This document shows positions 20,144 to 30,575 of a stretch of 64,000 nt of DNA, in pieces. Origin of the DNA: an uncultured Thiomicrospira sp. (GTDB lineage: Bacteria > Pseudomonadota > Gammaproteobacteria > CAKMZV01); the NCBI GenBank assembly GCA_965195345.1, contig OZ239628.1:160001-224000 (forward strand). The letters are read 5' to 3'. The notes beneath the pieces are model-generated. The model made no database searches. It was not told where the DNA came from and saw nothing but the letters and a program-made list of their open reading frames with translations. The translations under genes and the position numbers were made by a program. Numbering within the stretch: position 1 is the stretch's first letter; the number at the start of each line of letters is the position of its first letter.

Positions 20144-21150
20144 TGAACGAAGATAAAAAAAGAGCATTAGAGGCCGCATTAAAGCAAATTGAAAAACAAT
20201 TTGGCGCGGGTTCTGTCATGCGTATGAAAGATGAGGCAATGGAACATCACAGCATTAAAGCTGTATCAAGTGGTTCTATAAGCCTTGATGCTGCCCTCGG
20301 TATAGGTGGTTATGCATGTGGACGTATCGTTGAAGTATTTGGCCCTGAATCTTCTGGAAAAACGACTCTCGCATTACACGCTATTGCTGAAGCTCAAAAA
20401 AATGGTGGCACCGCTGCGTTTATCGATGCAGAGCACGCTCTTGATCCAGTCTATGCCCAAAAGGTTGGCGTGAATCTGGACGATTTGTTGGTATCTCAAC
20501 CAGATACTGGTGAACAAGCATTAGAAATAACCGACACCCTCGTTCGTTCTGGCGGTATCGACATGATCGTTATTGATTCTGTAGCTGCCTTAACACCTAA
20601 AGCAGAAATTGAAGGCGATATGGGAGATTCTCATATGGGTTTGCAAGCTCGACTAATGAGTCAAGCATTGCGCAAACTAACGGCTAACATAAAACGTACC
20701 AACACCATTGTTATCTTCATCAACCAAATTCGCATGAAAATTGGCATCATGTTTGGCAGTCCAGAAACCACAACGGGTGGAAATGCCTTGAAATTTTATG
20801 CGTCCGTTCGCCTTGATATTCGTCGATTTGGTGCAGTCAAGCGCGGAGATGAAATCGTAGGTAATGAAACGCGCATTAAAGTTGTAAAAAATAAATTAGC
20901 CCCCCCATTTAAGCAAGTCGAATTAGAAATCACCTACGGGGAAGGCATCTCAAGAATGGGAGAAATAATCTCTCTAGCAGTGGAACACGATATCATTGAG
21001 AAGGCTGGGGCTTGGTATAGTTATAAGGGCGAGCGCATTGGACAAGGTAAAGAAAAAGCCAAAGCATTCCTTCAAGAAAACGCAGAGATGGCTTCAGAAA
21101 TTGAAAGCACAATACGGACGTTACTTCTGCCCAAAAAACCAACCTCTTAA
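20143..21150 (+). CDS. recA: Recombinase A
   Basis: [23 protein letters not shown]. Confidence 0.99.
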   Translation: MNEDKKRALEAALKQIEKQFGAGSVMRMKDEAMEHHSIKAVSSGSISLDAALGIGGYACGRIVEVFGPESSGKTTLALHAIAEAQKNGGTAAFIDAEHALDPVYAQKVGVNLDDLLVSQPDTGEQALEITDTLVRSGGIDMIVIDSVAALTPKAEIEGDMGDSHMGLQARLMSQALRKLTANIKRTNTIVIFINQIRMKIGIMFGSPETTTGGNALKFYASVRLDIRRFGAVKRGDEIVGNETRIKVVKNKLAPPFKQVELEITYGEGISRMGEIISLAVEHDIIEKAGAWYSYKGERIGQGKEKAKAFLQENAEMASEIESTIRTLLLPKKPTS

Positions 21151-21159
21151 AGGGAAAGA

Positions 21160-21600
21160 GTGGTTGGGGACATCGAGGCAGATCGCCTTAAAAAAAAATG
21201 GCTAAACATGCTTGCTCGCCGAGATCATTCAGCAGGTGAATTGCGTAAGAAATCGCTGGAATTTTCCACCGACCTTGTTGAAAAAACATTAAAAGAATTT
21301 TCTGATAAAGGGTGGCAAAGTGATGCCCGTTTTACATCCGCTTTTATTCGATATCGTTTTGAGCAAGGCAAGGGTATCAAACTAATTCGCTATGAATTGA
21401 AAAATAGAGGCATCAGTGAAGATTGCATTGATGAAGCATTGGAACAGTTTCCTCGCGAGTCTTGGAAATCTCAATGCGAGCGAGTCTATTTGAAAAAGTT
21501 TCCCACGCCACCAAAAAACTATCAAGAAAAGCAAAAAAGAAGACTCTTCTTGGCTAATCGAGGTATTGATCTCGACCTTATTAGAGAAGTTGTTAAATGA
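21160..21600 (+). CDS. recX: Regulatory protein RecX
   Basis: LARRDHSAGEL, QSDARF, ELKNRGI, FLANRG; follows recA. Confidence 0.93.
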   Translation: MVGDIEADRLKKKWLNMLARRDHSAGELRKKSLEFSTDLVEKTLKEFSDKGWQSDARFTSAFIRYRFEQGKGIKLIRYELKNRGISEDCIDEALEQFPRESWKSQCERVYLKKFPTPPKNYQEKQKRRLFLANRGIDLDLIREVVK

Positions 21601-24600
21601 GTACTCTGCAGCCTTTCGTCCATCTGCGCGTTCACTCAGAATTTTCCATTGTTGACAGTACCATTCGCATAAAAGAACTTATTCAAACATGCGTAGATAA
21701 TGCTTTTCCCGCGGTCGCCCTGACCGATGAAATGAATTTATTTGCGATGGTTCGCTTCTACCGCGAAGCAATTAAAAAAGGCATAAAACCTATTATTGGA
21801 GCTGATATATGGATTAAAAAAGGCGATACCATACAAGGACGCATCACTTTGCTTGTTCAAAATATAGACGGCTTTGTCAATCTTTCCAAAATTCTCACAC
21901 AAGGGTTGTCAGAAAATCGTATAGATGGAAAGCCTTGTGTTTATGAAGAAACCGTTCTTTCGCATGCCGACTCGCTGATTGCATTAGTTGGTGGATATCA
22001 AAATCCATGGATGAAACTTTCCACAAGTTCTCTTGCAAAACAATTATTACCTTGGCAAGCCGTCTTCAAAGACAACCTTATTCTTGAAATTCAGCGCGTT
22101 GGGCGAGTGGATGAAAATAGCTGGATAAATAACGTTCTTGCTATTTCTCATGAATTAAAAATTGCAATTGTTGCCACTAACGACGTTCGATTTATGTTTG
22201 GTACGCCTTCCGACTTTGATGCGCATCAAGCCCGTGTAGCAATAAATATGGGCGAACGACTTGGTTCTGACACGCTGGAAGAGCTCTATACAAAAGAGCA
22301 ATATTTAAAATCTTCCAAACAAATGAATGCACTGTTTGCCAAAATGCCTCAAGTGTTGAGCAACACTTGGGAGCTTGCCAAACGGTGTAACCTAGTCCTT
22401 TCTCTTGATGAACCGAAGCTACCAATCTTTCCTACCGAGAATAATCAGTCTGAGTCGGATTTTTTGATCAGTGAAGCAAAAAAAGGGTTACAAAAGCGTT
22501 TTGTTGAACTCAATCTAAATGAAGATGCACAACAAACATATGAAGCGCGCCTTGAAACCGAATTAAATGTCATTATCGGCATGGATTTTCCTGGCTATTT
22601 TTTAATCGTCGCAGATTTCATTCGTTGGTCACGTGAGCAAAACATTCCCGTTGGCCCTGGCCGTGGCTCAGGAGCGGGTTCATTGGCTGCTTACGCTTTA
22701 GGCATAACTAACATCGATCCGATTCCATACAACTTGCTATTTGAACGCTTTTTGAACCCTGAACGAGTTTCTATGCCAGACTTTGATATTGACTTTTGCA
22801 TGGAACGGCGCGATGAAGTGATTGAATACGTGACGAATCGATATGGCAATAATCAAGTTGCCCAGATTATCACGTTTGGCACAATGGCAGCTAAAGCGGC
22901 TATTCGCGATACCGCTCGGATAATGTCTTTATCTCCTATGGCCGGAGATCGCATTGCTAAAATGATTCCTCCCACTCTTGGGATTACATTATCCGAAGCA
23001 ATGGCAAATTCAAATGAACTTAAGCGCTCCTATGCTGAAGACGATGAAACACGCAGTGTTTTTGATCTAGCAAGCTCACTTGAAGGACTTGTTCGAAATG
23101 CTGGAAAGCATGCTGGAGGCGTTGTTATTGCGCCCACAGAAATAACTTCATTCTCACCGCTATACATGGATGATTCAGAAGGCAGTGGCTTTGTTACCCA
23201 ATTTGATAAAAACGATGTCGAATCAATGGGTTTGGTCAAATTTGATTTCCTTGGTTTGCGAACACTAACAATCATTCAATGGACGCTGGACATAATACAC
23301 AAACAGCAATCCGCATCAGCGCCAAAAATTGTAATAGACCAGCTTCCTTTGAATGATAGTAAAACTTTCGACATCCTCAAAAAAGCGGATACCTTAGGCA
23401 TATTCCAATGTGAATCGCCTGGAATACGAATGTGGATGCGAAAGATGCAACCGTCAATTTTCGAGGATATTATTGCTTTGGTTGCCTTATATCGTCCAGG
23501 TCCTTTAGGCTCTGGAATGGTTGATGACTTTATTGCACGCAGGAAAGGTGAGCAAAATCTGAACTATTTACATCCTTCTCTTGAAGAGGTTTTGAAAGAA
23601 ACTTCTGGTGTTTTTTTATACCAAGAGCAGGTCATGCAATGCGCGCAAACTCTTGCTGATTACACGCTAGGCGAATCAGACTTATTACGCCGCGCAATGG
23701 GTAAGAAAAAGCCGGAAGAAATGCAGAAGCAAGAAGAACTTTTTGTTCAACGTGCTATTGACAAGGGAACAGATGCAGCCCTTGCCAGTCAAATTTTTAA
23801 TTTGATGTCAGAATTTGCTGAATACGGATTCAATAAATCGCATTCCGCAGCATACGCCATGATCACCTATCAAACGGCATGGCTAAAAGCGCACCACTAT
23901 GCTGCCTTTTACACTGCTGTGATGAACTCTGAAATAGACAACCCTGATCGAATTAGATTGTTTGCAATGGATGCAAAAAAACATGGTGTCAAAGTGATTG
24001 CTCCGGACATTAATACAAGCCAGCCCCGCTTCACTTTAACGGAAAGTGGCAATATTTTATGGGGATTAGCCGCAATTAAAGGCTTTGGATCCGCTGCTGC
24101 TGAAGCGGTTGCAATTGCTCAAAAAGATGGTGAACCATTTAAAGATCTCTTCAGCTTCTGCAATCGTATTAAAATCAATAAAATTGGCAAAAAAGGTCTT
24201 GAGATACTTGCTTATAGCGGAGCAATGGATTGTTTTGGTGTAGATCGGGCGCAATTGATAGCAACGATTCCCTTAGCGCACAAACAAGCTGAGCAAAACT
24301 TATACGACTTGGAAAATGGACAAAGCGCGTTATTCGGGAACACTGATTTGTGTCAGCAAACACATAAGTACGAACCCTCTCAACCAATAAACCCCATCGA
24401 GAAACTGCACCGAGAGAAAGCCTTAACTGGTAGCTATTTGGATAAACACCCTGTAGATTTCTTCGTCAAAGACCTTGAGAATTGCCGTATTAAGTCCATT
24501 GAACAAACGATTGGTGATTTGAAAAAAACCGAGTTTATTTGGATTGCTGGTGAAATCGAGAAAATGCAAACGCAACGAAGCAAATCTGGGGCAGACTTGA

Positions 24601-25025
24601 CCGATGTACGCATAGCCGATAGCAGTGGATATATTGAAATTTCTTTGTTCTCCGATGTCTATGAAAAAGCCCGTGAAGAGCTACTGTTACAACAAGGAAA
24701 AATTATCGTAGTACAAGGCACATCTAAATTTGATGCCCGACGAGAAGAATGGCGTATTAGAGCAAAAAATATTATTAGCTTAAAACAATTAAGACAAATG
24801 TTTTTTAAGCACATCAATTTACATTGGCAAGAAGGATTCGACGCCCATAGAGCATCTATACTAAGCCAACTGTTCAAAGACGAAGAGGGTATTAATTTGC
24901 ATGTGACCTATCAATCTAAATTCATCCAAGCCACCTTTGAAAGCCCTTATAAAATGAGTTACGATGACAGTCAATGGCTTAAACTGCGCCACATTCTTGG
25001 TGACGCTATTGAGGTGATAGTTTGA
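21597..25025 (+). CDS. dnaE: DNA polymerase III alpha subunit
   Basis: FVHLRVHSEFS, GPGRGSGAGS, RVSMPDFDIDF, KFDFLGL, YGFNKSH. Confidence 0.98.
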   Translation: MSTLQPFVHLRVHSEFSIVDSTIRIKELIQTCVDNAFPAVALTDEMNLFAMVRFYREAIKKGIKPIIGADIWIKKGDTIQGRITLLVQNIDGFVNLSKILTQGLSENRIDGKPCVYEETVLSHADSLIALVGGYQNPWMKLSTSSLAKQLLPWQAVFKDNLILEIQRVGRVDENSWINNVLAISHELKIAIVATNDVRFMFGTPSDFDAHQARVAINMGERLGSDTLEELYTKEQYLKSSKQMNALFAKMPQVLSNTWELAKRCNLVLSLDEPKLPIFPTENNQSESDFLISEAKKGLQKRFVELNLNEDAQQTYEARLETELNVIIGMDFPGYFLIVADFIRWSREQNIPVGPGRGSGAGSLAAYALGITNIDPIPYNLLFERFLNPERVSMPDFDIDFCMERRDEVIEYVTNRYGNNQVAQIITFGTMAAKAAIRDTARIMSLSPMAGDRIAKMIPPTLGITLSEAMANSNELKRSYAEDDETRSVFDLASSLEGLVRNAGKHAGGVVIAPTEITSFSPLYMDDSEGSGFVTQFDKNDVESMGLVKFDFLGLRTLTIIQWTLDIIHKQQSASAPKIVIDQLPLNDSKTFDILKKADTLGIFQCESPGIRMWMRKMQPSIFEDIIALVALYRPGPLGSGMVDDFIARRKGEQNLNYLHPSLEEVLKETSGVFLYQEQVMQCAQTLADYTLGESDLLRRAMGKKKPEEMQKQEELFVQRAIDKGTDAALASQIFNLMSEFAEYGFNKSHSAAYAMITYQTAWLKAHHYAAFYTAVMNSEIDNPDRIRLFAMDAKKHGVKVIAPDINTSQPRFTLTESGNILWGLAAIKGFGSAAAEAVAIAQKDGEPFKDLFSFCNRIKINKIGKKGLEILAYSGAMDCFGVDRAQLIATIPLAHKQAEQNLYDLENGQSALFGNTDLCQQTHKYEPSQPINPIEKLHREKALTGSYLDKHPVDFFVKDLENCRIKSIEQTIGDLKKTEFIWIAGEIEKMQTQRSKSGADLTDVRIADSSGYIEISLFSDVYEKAREELLLQQGKIIVVQGTSKFDARREEWRIRAKNIISLKQLRQMFFKHINLHWQEGFDAHRASILSQLFKDEEGINLHVTYQSKFIQATFESPYKMSYDDSQWLKLRHILGDAIEVIV

Positions 25026-26080
25026 GTTTTCATCTTGAGCGCTACTTTATTAGTGCACTTGGGAAAAATTTCCTTTCATTATTGGTAATCCTTCTTGTTA
25101 TAAGCGTCGCTTCAAAAGCAAACGATATTTTAAGTAGCTTCATTAGTCGAGACCTACCCATTGACTTCCTATTTTCTGTTCTATGGAGTTTCATTCCAGA
25201 AACAATTTTAGTTGTGTTTGGTCTAAGTCTTTTTATAAGCGTTATCCTCACGCTGACCACGTTGAATTCTCATTCTGAAATGCCAATTTTGTACAGTTGT
25301 GGACTGTCGAAAGGATTTTTGCTTAAATGCGTTGCTTGGTTCTGTTTGCCCTTGGTTCCCTTAATGCTCTGGGTGTCACTCGTCTACTCTCCCACGATAA
25401 AAGTGGATGGAAAAAAGGCCTTTATTGCTTCGCAAACAAGCATTAATCTCATTCTTCAACCAAATGATCTCCAGAGCTTTGGGGCATCAATGATGTATGC
25501 CCAAAAACAATTAGATGAACATACTATGCAAGGCTTTTATGCACGCTATCTAAACGATAAAAAGCCGCTTTTTATAAGCGCACATAAAGCGACCTCTTTT
25601 ACCAAAGACGGGCTGCCTTGGTTGCGTTTAGAGAATGGGTTCCAATGGACAGATGATAACGATGAAACACTACAAGTGCTCCGCTTTGAACAATTTGAAA
25701 TAGCAGTTCCAAACTTAACACCTCAACCCGATCAGTTTGAGGTGCAAGGTGTAGCCTTTGAGCCAATCGAAGAATTGTTCATCGACAATCAAAATCCTCA
25801 AAAAAGGACTGAAATTCACTGGCGATTCTCATATGTTATCAGCGCTGTCCTTATGGCATTATTTGCTGTGTTTCTTGTCCCCTTTCAACCGAGATCATCG
25901 CGCTTTACTTATGTCGCATTAGGACTATTAATCTTTGTGATTTTTGCAACATCCCTAACAACTCTAAAGAATCTCTCATCCAAAGATATCATCCCATCAG
26001 ATGTTGCTTTTGGCGGTATCTATCTTGCACTTATTCTCTTAACTTCGTTTGCGTGGCTACGGCACGAAAAAATCATATAA
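25022..26080 (+). CDS. lptF: LPS export permease LptF
   Basis: Three N-terminal TMs, SEMPIL..CG, periplasmic beta domain, three C-terminal TMs; paired with lptG. Confidence 0.85.
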   Translation: MSFHLERYFISALGKNFLSLLVILLVISVASKANDILSSFISRDLPIDFLFSVLWSFIPETILVVFGLSLFISVILTLTTLNSHSEMPILYSCGLSKGFLLKCVAWFCLPLVPLMLWVSLVYSPTIKVDGKKAFIASQTSINLILQPNDLQSFGASMMYAQKQLDEHTMQGFYARYLNDKKPLFISAHKATSFTKDGLPWLRLENGFQWTDDNDETLQVLRFEQFEIAVPNLTPQPDQFEVQGVAFEPIEELFIDNQNPQKRTEIHWRFSYVISAVLMALFAVFLVPFQPRSSRFTYVALGLLIFVIFATSLTTLKNLSSKDIIPSDVAFGGIYLALILLTSFAWLRHEKII

Positions 26081-26082
26081 GT

Positions 26083-27177
26083 ATGTTTTTTTCAATCGGC
26101 TTCAAATATATAAGCTCTATAAGCTTTAGGTTTTCTTTGCTTGTCTCTGCCGTTTTTTTTAGTCTACTGATAATCATTGGATTCGCTGCTGAAGTAAATT
26201 CTGCAACCAACTCTTATGGATATGGGAATATATTTTTCTATACCTTGTTAAAAAGCGGACATGCTTTTTCTTTAATCTTGCCAATTATAGGTTTATTTGC
26301 ATTTTTATTGACAGTCGGTCAGCTTTCTGCCAATAGTGAGTTAATTGCTTTACAGGCATGCGGACTAAGCCATACTCGGATGATGCTCTTGATCCTCATG
26401 TCAACATTGGCGACCTTTGGCACATTACTTCTTTTTACTGAATTAGCGACACCATGGGGACATAATAAAGCAGAAACTCTAAAAGCAAACGCTTTGAACC
26501 AATCCTTAATTGGTGGTAAAAAATTATGGCTAAAAAATAATCTCCATTTTTTATATATTGAACGCCTTCATTCTCCCGATTCGATGAGTGGTGTGCGTTA
26601 TTACGAAATCGATGCTCTCCAGAGACCCATAAAGGTAACAAGTGCAAAAACGGCTGTTCGACTTACCCAAAATACTTGGCGACTTAATGATGTAGATATT
26701 TTGAGTTTTTCCTTTGACCGTGAAGAAGACTTGACACTCAATAAAGTTTCTTCCAGCTCAGTTGATATTAAAAACTTATTGGAAGAGCAGCGTATTCGAT
26801 TCATTCATTTGCTTCCCGAACAGCTTTTTATTTGGGAGCTTTATGATCAAATAAATGCATTCACTAAAAATGGATTAAGCAATACGCATTATGAACTCAA
26901 TTTTTGGAGTCGAACGCTTTCTTTTCTTTCCATGGTTGGATTTGTGCTCATCTTACTTCCCTTATTTTTAGGCTCGCCACGACACAAAGGAACTGGAGAT
27001 CGTATATTGTTAGGGCTAATAATTGGTATCCCTTATTTTATTATTTTGCAACTCAGCCAATATTTTGGAATCGCTTTGCAGTGGTCTGGCTTCTGGACTG
27101 CAATAATTTTACCGACCATCCTGCTATCCGTAGGCTTTTTCAGAATACTTTCCTTAAAATATAATATTAGAATATGA
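26083..27177 (+). CDS. lptG: LPS export permease LptG
   Basis: GQLSANSELIALQACG, YELNFW, same topology as LptF. Confidence 0.87.
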   Translation: MFFSIGFKYISSISFRFSLLVSAVFFSLLIIIGFAAEVNSATNSYGYGNIFFYTLLKSGHAFSLILPIIGLFAFLLTVGQLSANSELIALQACGLSHTRMMLLILMSTLATFGTLLLFTELATPWGHNKAETLKANALNQSLIGGKKLWLKNNLHFLYIERLHSPDSMSGVRYYEIDALQRPIKVTSAKTAVRLTQNTWRLNDVDILSFSFDREEDLTLNKVSSSSVDIKNLLEEQRIRFIHLLPEQLFIWELYDQINAFTKNGLSNTHYELNFWSRTLSFLSMVGFVLILLPLFLGSPRHKGTGDRILLGLIIGIPYFIILQLSQYFGIALQWSGFWTAIILPTILLSVGFFRILSLKYNIRI

Positions 27178-27260
27178 ATCAGGTTACATTTAAGCTGAAC
27201 AGCGCCAATCAAAGTTTGCTACAATGTCTTGTTACTTAATATTTTCCTTGAGGTTTTGTC

Positions 27261-28010
27261 TTGCATGCCACTGTTTTAGTTAGAGAAATTTTTCGCTTTT
27301 CGGCGTTAGCAACAATGCTCCTCTGTCTTTCTGGTTGCATTTCAGCTATGTTGGCAGGTGAAAACACGCGTGTAATTGACACAATTCCAAGTGCGACTGC
27401 GCTCGATAAAACTGGAAAGTCTTCTGATGAAAGCGCAAGCTTATCCAGTAAGTCAGAATCTAAAGATCCGATAGTATCGCATGATATTTGTCGCGTTCTC
27501 CAAAAATACCCTAAATGGTACGCGGCGGCGGTGCTCACAGAAAAACGCTGGGGTTTGCCTGTTGACGTCCAACTGGCTATTATTCGACATGAATCAAGTT
27601 TTGATGGTAATGCCAGACCTCTTCGTAAAGTCAAAAAAGGTTTCTCATACGCTTACGAGCAAGCATCCAGTGCTTACGGTTATGCTCAAGCAAAAACACT
27701 CACATGGAAAGATTACAAAGATGCTACCAAGCGTAAATCTGCTCGTCGGGATCGGTTTGCTGATGCCGTTGATTTTATTGGCTGGTATAATCACCGCTCG
27801 CACCGCTCATTGGGGCTAAAAAAGCAAGATGCCTTCCGACTTTACTTGGCCTACCATGAAGGACATCGAGGCTTTGAAAAACGATCATATAGAAAAAAAC
27901 CTTGGCTAATTAAAGTCGCTAAAAGGGTTGCCGAGAGCAGCAAGCGCTACAAAAAACAATTACGTTCTTGTAAGAAAAAAGTATTGAAAAAATTAGCATC
28001 GTCCCAATAA
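27261..28010 (+). CDS. SLT-like transglycosylase domain lipoprotein
   Basis: LSGC lipobox, IRHESSF, SSAYGYAQA, DAVDFIGWY, LYLAYHEG; start uncertain. Confidence 0.82.
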   Translation: MHATVLVREIFRFSALATMLLCLSGCISAMLAGENTRVIDTIPSATALDKTGKSSDESASLSSKSESKDPIVSHDICRVLQKYPKWYAAAVLTEKRWGLPVDVQLAIIRHESSFDGNARPLRKVKKGFSYAYEQASSAYGYAQAKTLTWKDYKDATKRKSARRDRFADAVDFIGWYNHRSHRSLGLKKQDAFRLYLAYHEGHRGFEKRSYRKKPWLIKVAKRVAESSKRYKKQLRSCKKKVLKKLASSQ

Positions 28011-28103
28011 TGTTCTAATAAATACTTTTACTATTACGACTCTTACTTGGTTTTCAGATTTTTGATCGTATATACTTACTCAACGCTAATTACTTAATGA
28101 TCC

Positions 28104-29084
28104 ATGACAAAAAATATTGAGGAACGCTTTCACCAGCTTCACGCGCAAATTGGAACTGAAATAGTTGGACAGGAAGCACTCATAGAGCGGCTGTTTATCG
28201 CTCTTCTTTGTGGAGGACATCTGCTAGTTGAAGGTGTTCCCGGCTTAGCAAAAACAAAAGCAATTCAAAGCCTTGAGCACGGAGTTTGCGCTTCTTTTCA
28301 GCGAATACAGTTCACTCCAGACTTGCTTCCAGGGGACATTACCGGCACTGAAATATACCGCCAACAAACCAGCGAGTTTGTCTTTCAACCAGGCCCCGTG
28401 TTTAACAATCTTATCCTTGCGGATGAAATAAACCGCGCTCCAGCTAAGGTGCAATCTGCTATGCTTGAGGCAATGGCAGAAGGCCAAGTCAGTGTTGGGA
28501 AGACCACTTATAAAATGCCTTCGCTTTTTTTAGTTATGGCAACCCAAAATCCGATAGAACAGGAAGGAACATACCCTTTACCCGAAGCACAACTTGATCG
28601 ATTTATGCTCCATGTTCGAGTCAATTATCCATCAGTAGCCGAAGAAAGATATATTCTTGACTTAGTCGAAAATGAACATCTCTTAAAAGCGCAACACAAA
28701 GAAAAAGAAAAAATGGAACATCCTCTAACCAATGAGGAGATTTTTGAAGCGCGGAGAAAAGTCTTTTCAATGTTTGTGCCAGATCCAGTTAAAAACTATA
28801 TTGTTCAACTTATTGACGCAACCCGTAACGCTGGTAATTACAGCAATGACTTAGGAAAGTGGATCGAACATGGCGCAAGCCCTCGAGCAACGATAGCTAT
28901 CGCCCAAGCCGCTCGAGCACGTGCTTGGTTAAAGGGAAAAGAAGTGGTTGATCCTCAAGACGTACAAGACGTTGCTCCAGATGCCCTGCGACATAGACTG
29001 CTATTGACTATTGAAGCTGAAGCAAATGGCGTAACCCCTGATAAAGTCATTGATATGCTTCTTGACAGTGTTCCTGCGATATAG
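28104..29084 (+). CDS. moxR: MoxR family AAA+ ATPase
   Basis: EGVPGLAKT, RIQFTPDLLP, LADEINRAP, ATQNPIEQEGTYPLPEAQLDRF. Confidence 0.96.
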   Translation: MTKNIEERFHQLHAQIGTEIVGQEALIERLFIALLCGGHLLVEGVPGLAKTKAIQSLEHGVCASFQRIQFTPDLLPGDITGTEIYRQQTSEFVFQPGPVFNNLILADEINRAPAKVQSAMLEAMAEGQVSVGKTTYKMPSLFLVMATQNPIEQEGTYPLPEAQLDRFMLHVRVNYPSVAEERYILDLVENEHLLKAQHKEKEKMEHPLTNEEIFEARRKVFSMFVPDPVKNYIVQLIDATRNAGNYSNDLGKWIEHGASPRATIAIAQAARARAWLKGKEVVDPQDVQDVAPDALRHRLLLTIEAEANGVTPDKVIDMLLDSVPAI

Positions 29085-29233
29085 TTTTTCAAAATCATCC
29101 TCAAGTTTGTTAACCAATTACCACATATATTACTTCAACCGACTGATCAAAAAAACACTCTCAGTTCACATCAAACACCAGTGCAACAGATACTTAGACC
29201 GAATATGTTACCTCCCAACCTTATCTGTAAAAA

Positions 29234-30127
29234 ATGATTTTTGCTGAAACCGCCCATCTCACCACCTTTCAATATGGCGCCAAAATGTGGCAACTGCAAA
29301 AGCCGCTCACCCATTCAAAACGCATTGGTCAGTCTCGTTCTCAACAAAAAGGCAGAGGAATAGAGTTTCATAACGCCCGTATATACCAACCAGGCGATGA
29401 TGTTAGATCGATCGATTGGAGGATTACTGCGCGTAAGTCAAAAACACATGCTCGTGAATTTCAGGAGGATAGAGAACATCAAATCATGTTGGTTGCTGAT
29501 ATGAGTCAGTCCATGAAATTTGGCTCAAAAAATAAACTGAAAAGCGTGACTGCTGCTGAAATTGCAGCGCTTCTCGGTTGGATAACTTTAGCCCAACAAG
29601 ATCGTGTAGGAGGTTGGATTCATGCTGATAAAAAAAACATTCATAAACCTGCAAGAAGACGTGCTAATTTTAGTGCATGGTTGGGTCAACTCAGCAATGC
29701 CAGCAAAGCATTAATTGCGCAAAAAAAAACACAACCATACACATGGGAAAATACTTTAGAAAATCTTTTCCGTTTTCTAAAAGAATCCAGCATGGTGATA
29801 TTTATTGGAGATATGCTAAGTTTAAATGAGTTCAATCGCAAAACAATCATTAGCCAAAGCAAACAGCATGATATTACGTTGATACATGTTTACGACGAGC
29901 TAGAGATTAACCTTCCAAAATCAGGGTACGCTAATTTTAGCAATGGCGATATTACTCTACGCACAAGCCTCAATAAAATTCATAGCAAGGTGCAGTCTGC
30001 TTACGAGAGGGAGTTCCATCAATTAAGAGACCAATGCCTTGCAAGTAATGTCAGTTTTTTGAGTGTCTCCAATGAAGACAGCCTCGTACCATCAATGCAG
30101 CAACAAGGCTTAATTCGAAAGATCTGA
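29234..30127 (+). CDS. DUF58 family protein
   Basis: GIEF...R.YQPGDDVRSIDWRITAR, DMSQSMKFGS. Confidence 0.92.
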   Translation: MIFAETAHLTTFQYGAKMWQLQKPLTHSKRIGQSRSQQKGRGIEFHNARIYQPGDDVRSIDWRITARKSKTHAREFQEDREHQIMLVADMSQSMKFGSKNKLKSVTAAEIAALLGWITLAQQDRVGGWIHADKKNIHKPARRRANFSAWLGQLSNASKALIAQKKTQPYTWENTLENLFRFLKESSMVIFIGDMLSLNEFNRKTIISQSKQHDITLIHVYDELEINLPKSGYANFSNGDITLRTSLNKIHSKVQSAYEREFHQLRDQCLASNVSFLSVSNEDSLVPSMQQQGLIRKI

Positions 30128-30574
30128 ATGGAACAGCTTCTACAACAACTCAAAGACATACACCTCCCAAATGAACCTACTTTATGGCCTCTTGCTTGGG
30201 GTTGGTGGCTTATTCTTTCAATTGTAATATGCCTTATCCTTGCATTAACTGCGTACACTATCTATAAACGTCTTAAAGTCATTCAATGGGATTGGCAGCG
30301 CTGGGAGAACGAACCCGATGAGCACAAAGGTGTACTCGCTATCGCATGGTTAAAACAAGCGGCCTTACTCCGTTTTAATCGTGAAGAGATCGCTCGACTA
30401 AGCGGCACAGATTGGATTGATTTTTTACAAGAAAACGGCATTGAATGCAACGCCTCAATAGCCCATTGGATTAGCATCGGATATCTTGTAAACCACCCGC
30501 CCCCCGAAGAAGCAACCCTTTGGTTAAAAAGGGCTTTATTGAAAATTTCTGGTCGAGAGATTGTTTTAAGTTAG
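30128..30574 (+). CDS. DUF4381-like small membrane protein of Bat operons
   Basis: LKDIHLP...WPLAWGWW, LSG..W..FL. Confidence 0.85.
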   Translation: MEQLLQQLKDIHLPNEPTLWPLAWGWWLILSIVICLILALTAYTIYKRLKVIQWDWQRWENEPDEHKGVLAIAWLKQAALLRFNREEIARLSGTDWIDFLQENGIECNASIAHWISIGYLVNHPPPEEATLWLKRALLKISGREIVLS

Positions 30575-30575
30575 T

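Noticed and set aside
21597-25025. Error-prone DnaE2/ImuC cassette next to recA
   Set aside because: Length, RVSMPDFDIDF motif and C-terminal region fit replicative DnaE1; no imuA or imuB
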